From the IMG/VR virus record IMGVR_UViG_3300024259_001450, positions 1-60,075 of that record: a DNA stretch of 60,075 nucleotides. One strand, written 5' to 3'. The DNA is from a virus. Its lineage: Duplodnaviria > Heunggongvirae > Uroviricota > Caudoviricetes. Position numbers and translations under genes: made by a program. Within the stretch, counting starts at the first letter, position 1. Every line of letters begins with the position of its first letter. This document shows, piece by piece, positions 57,224-60,075 of the stretch. The notes under the pieces are model-generated. The model had not been told where the DNA came from and did no database searches. It was given only the letters and a program-made list of their open reading frames with translations.

Positions 57224-59140
57224 TTGGAACTAAACAAACAGCAACTAAAGGCTGTCAATCATGTAGATGGCCCATGTCTTATCACCGCATGTCCCGGTAG
57301 TGGCAAAACAACAGTTATCGTTGAACGTGTTGCTAACCTAATCAATCAAGAGAAAATCGATCCAAGCAATTTATTGTGCATAACCTTTACCAACAAGGCT
57401 TCACAAGAAATGCTTACTAGGATCGGAAAGAAGATAGGCGTAAGCAATCTGAAATTCTTTGTTGGGACTTTCCATTCGTTGTGTTCAAACATCTTGCGCA
57501 AATACGGAGACAAGATAGGATACACATCTAGATTTTCTATTATAGATGAAAAAGGCCAAGAAGATATGATTATCAAGGTGGCACGATCTCTTGGCAAAAC
57601 CAAAAAAGAGATTGATGTTTACAAAATCAAACATGCACTTAATCATTGGCGTGAAAACCTAGAACCTGATATCCAACTCTCAAAAAGATTAGAAGACGAT
57701 CCATTGCATTTTGCAATTGCTAAAAAGTATTTGTCCGAAATAAAGTTGCACAACACAATAGATTTTAGCGGATTGCTTTATGAGGCTATCCAATTGCTTG
57801 AAAAAGATAAAGAATTATTGGGGCGTTTTCAAAATAAATTCAAATATATTATGGTAGATGAAGTACAAGACACAAACTATGCACAATTCCATTTGGTAAA
57901 TTTGCTTGGCGGTAAATACAAAAATATTACTATAGTTGGAGATTTGAACCAATCAATTTATGCATTCAGAAATGCTAGATATAAAAATATTCTTGACTTT
58001 TTAAAAAGACATAAAAATTGCGAGAAAATTCCATTAGAAAAGAATTACCGTTCAACTCCGCAAATTATAGCTGGTGCCGACAAATTGATTAAAAACAATT
58101 CAACTCATATGGGAGAAGAATTTAAAACAGATAATCCGTCAGGCTCTGATATATTCTGTGAAGGTTTTTTGAGTTCTCAAGAAGAGGCTCGTTGGTGTGC
58201 TAGAAGAATTCAGGACTTGCGTGATGAATATGGATGGGATTATTCTGATATATCAATACTATATAGAATTAACAGTTTGTCGTTAGAACTACAGTTGTCA
58301 TTCGCTCATTACAATATACCGTTTACAGTTATAGGTGGACCTTCTTTCTTTGATCGTAGGGAGATCAGAGATTGCCTTGCAATGCTTAAGTTCTTCGTGA
58401 ACCCAAGTGATGCTTTGGCTTTCCACCGTGTAGCGAATCTGTTCAGCGGAGTCGGAGCATCGACTATAGGCAAGATAGAAAAAGTTGCCGCAGATAATCA
58501 GATCAATATGTTGCAGGCATGTGAGAAGATAAAAAACGAGACGACGAAGAGAACTCTTAAGAAGGTCACAGAAAAGATGTATGATATATTTTCTACAGAT
58601 GATTCAGGTATGCATGCTGGTGATTGTTTAAGTTTTTTGACAGAAGAAATGAAATACTATGATGTTTTAGAATTGAAATGTCCGCAAGACTGTGAAGATA
58701 GAAAAATCAACGTAGAAGAATTTGTTAATAATGCTTCTGTGTTTGGACAAAAGAATAAGAGTATAGACAAATATTTACAGAATATTGCTTTGGCTTCTTC
58801 TAGCGACAAAAATGCTGACGAGGATTCTGTATCGCTTATGACTTGTCATGCAGCAAAGGGACTAGAGTTCCCAGTTGTCTTTATGGTGGGAGTAGAAAAG
58901 AATATAATGCCACATGCGATGGCTTTAGCAGATACGGATAATCCAAAAGAATCTATGGAAGAAGAACGGCGTATCTGTTACGTTGGAATGACTAGGGCAA
59001 AAAAGCATTTATTTATGACATATTGTTCAGCAAGAAAATTCAGAGACAAACAAGGATACTTGAGAGATAGATATACTTCGCCAAGTCCGTTCTTGGCCGA
59101 AGCTGGTATTTTGGAAGAGAACAATGGAAAGTTATACTAA
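57224..59140 (+). CDS. uvrD: UvrD/PcrA/Rep superfamily 1 helicase
   Basis: LNKQQ, ACPGSGKT, ITFTNKA, GTFHS, VDEVQDTN, VGDLNQSIYAFR, NYRS, TCHAAKGLEF, EERRICYVGMTRAK; TTG start after GAGGT. Confidence 0.95.
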   Translation: MELNKQQLKAVNHVDGPCLITACPGSGKTTVIVERVANLINQEKIDPSNLLCITFTNKASQEMLTRIGKKIGVSNLKFFVGTFHSLCSNILRKYGDKIGYTSRFSIIDEKGQEDMIIKVARSLGKTKKEIDVYKIKHALNHWRENLEPDIQLSKRLEDDPLHFAIAKKYLSEIKLHNTIDFSGLLYEAIQLLEKDKELLGRFQNKFKYIMVDEVQDTNYAQFHLVNLLGGKYKNITIVGDLNQSIYAFRNARYKNILDFLKRHKNCEKIPLEKNYRSTPQIIAGADKLIKNNSTHMGEEFKTDNPSGSDIFCEGFLSSQEEARWCARRIQDLRDEYGWDYSDISILYRINSLSLELQLSFAHYNIPFTVIGGPSFFDRREIRDCLAMLKFFVNPSDALAFHRVANLFSGVGASTIGKIEKVAADNQINMLQACEKIKNETTKRTLKKVTEKMYDIFSTDDSGMHAGDCLSFLTEEMKYYDVLELKCPQDCEDRKINVEEFVNNASVFGQKNKSIDKYLQNIALASSSDKNADEDSVSLMTCHAAKGLEFPVVFMVGVEKNIMPHAMALADTDNPKESMEEERRICYVGMTRAKKHLFMTYCSARKFRDKQGYLRDRYTSPSPFLAEAGILEENNGKLY

Positions 59141-59831
59141 ATTAATTGATAAGCATAAAGGCGAGACAGCTTTTGTGGTTGGTGCTGGAACATCGTTGTA
59201 CCCGATTTCTAAATCAAAAGAATTTGATGAGATACATAAACATGTGGTAATATCTGTCAATTCAAGTATACTTGCGATGCCTTGGTGTGCAGGAAAATCC
59301 GATAAAAGATATTGGATATCAAATGATGCGATGGTTCGACGGTGGAGTTATTGGAAAGATGTTGTACGAACTAAAGCAACTAAAATAGTGCGAAATAGCT
59401 GGGAGAAATATTATGCAGAAATACCAAACTTTCTTGTGTTCGAGCCGCGACCAACTAGCGAAGATGTGGTCGATCCTGATGATACCGGACTTTGCTACTG
59501 TAGTAGTGTCCCTAGCGGAACTGACCTCGCAATTCAGATGGGTTGCAAACGCATTTTTCTGTTAGGCGTTGATCATTACTTTGATCAATTCAGAAGTCAC
59601 TATTGGCATTACTGGCCTCACAGACAATGGCTGAGAGGCCCAACCGCAACACACGATCAGCAAACTACTACGTTCAAAATTAACGCATTAGCGTTTGAGG
59701 CTTTAGCTAAATTCGCCAAACATAAAAAAACAAAGATATATAATTGCAGTCCAAAAAGTCAAATAAAAGCTTTCCCAAGGATTACGTTTGAAGAAGCGTT
59801 GGAGATTATTAATGGAAGACACAATATATAA
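59124..59831 (+). CDS. DUF115/MptE/Maf-like nucleotide-sugar or diphosphokinase-fold protein
   Basis: HKGETAFVVGAGTSL, ISVNS, LAIQMGCKRIFLLGVDH, KIYNCS. Confidence 0.7.
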   Translation: MESYTKLIDKHKGETAFVVGAGTSLYPISKSKEFDEIHKHVVISVNSSILAMPWCAGKSDKRYWISNDAMVRRWSYWKDVVRTKATKIVRNSWEKYYAEIPNFLVFEPRPTSEDVVDPDDTGLCYCSSVPSGTDLAIQMGCKRIFLLGVDHYFDQFRSHYWHYWPHRQWLRGPTATHDQQTTTFKINALAFEALAKFAKHKKTKIYNCSPKSQIKAFPRITFEEALEIINGRHNI

Positions 59832-60075
59832 AAAAGAAGAATTTCACAAGTTTCCTTTTGATAAAGAATTTGATGAGAGCAGGATGTCATTTGGAAAGGG
59901 TGGACATGGTTTCAAGGATGGAACGTGGGTATTGCAGATACTCACAAACGATAAAAATTGTGATGCAGATATCTACGAATTGCCAGAATATTTTCAATTT
60001 ATATTAAACACTGTTTACCAGTGGGGAATGGACGCAAAAAGGAGAGAGATAAAAGGAGCATTTATTACAGGGTTA
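59812..60075 (+). CDS. Hypothetical protein, 3'-truncated by the window
   Basis: ATG at 59812 after GGAG; frame is open to the window end (MEDTIYKKEEFHKF...). Confidence 0.5.
   Translation, partial: MEDTIYKKEEFHKFPFDKEFDESRMSFGKGGHGFKDGTWVLQILTNDKNCDADIYELPEYFQFILNTVYQWGMDAKRREIKGAFITGL

Noticed and set aside
103-57603. Numerous short minus-strand ORFs in the ORF track
   Set aside because: All lie antisense to well-supported + strand genes, show no recognisable motifs, and look like shadow ORFs
1-60075. CRISPR array, tRNA or rRNA genes
   Set aside because: Intergenic gaps are under about 80 nt, and I saw no regularly spaced repeats or cloverleaf-like sequences. A tRNAscan/CRISPR finder run would be needed to exclude them formally.
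1-60075. Stop-codon reassignment as seen in some large phages
   Set aside because: Very long ORFs are intact in the standard code, and TAA, TAG (34752, 57189) and TGA all end genes at sensible positions

Overview
AT-rich, gene-dense segment with essentially all genes on the + strand, best read as part of a large (jumbo-type) tailed phage genome in the standard bacterial code. About 1-24.5 kb is a virion tail/baseplate/adhesin module of very large FN3, LamG, Kelch, BNR and VWA proteins. About 24.5-27.1 kb holds three glycosyltransferases. About 27-60 kb is a replication/recombination module: SF2 helicase, IF3, Ycf46-like AAA ATPase, DnaC-like loader, DnaB, a primase split into two distant genes, a DNA methyltransferase, DnaE, SSB, RecA, a Cas4-like nuclease, SpoVS, a Gam-like protein, a YkgJ-like protein and UvrD. 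The most notable feature is three inteins with three different endonuclease arrangements. (1) The helicase intein carries its LAGLIDADG homing endonuclease in an alternative reading frame, with both frames open for about 930 nt. (2) The AAA ATPase is fractured at its Walker A motif by an atypically split intein (24-aa N-fragment), with a free-standing endonuclease gene between the halves. (3) A conventional in-frame LAGLIDADG intein sits inside a metal-binding CC motif. All calls come from motif reading by eye; no database searches were run.
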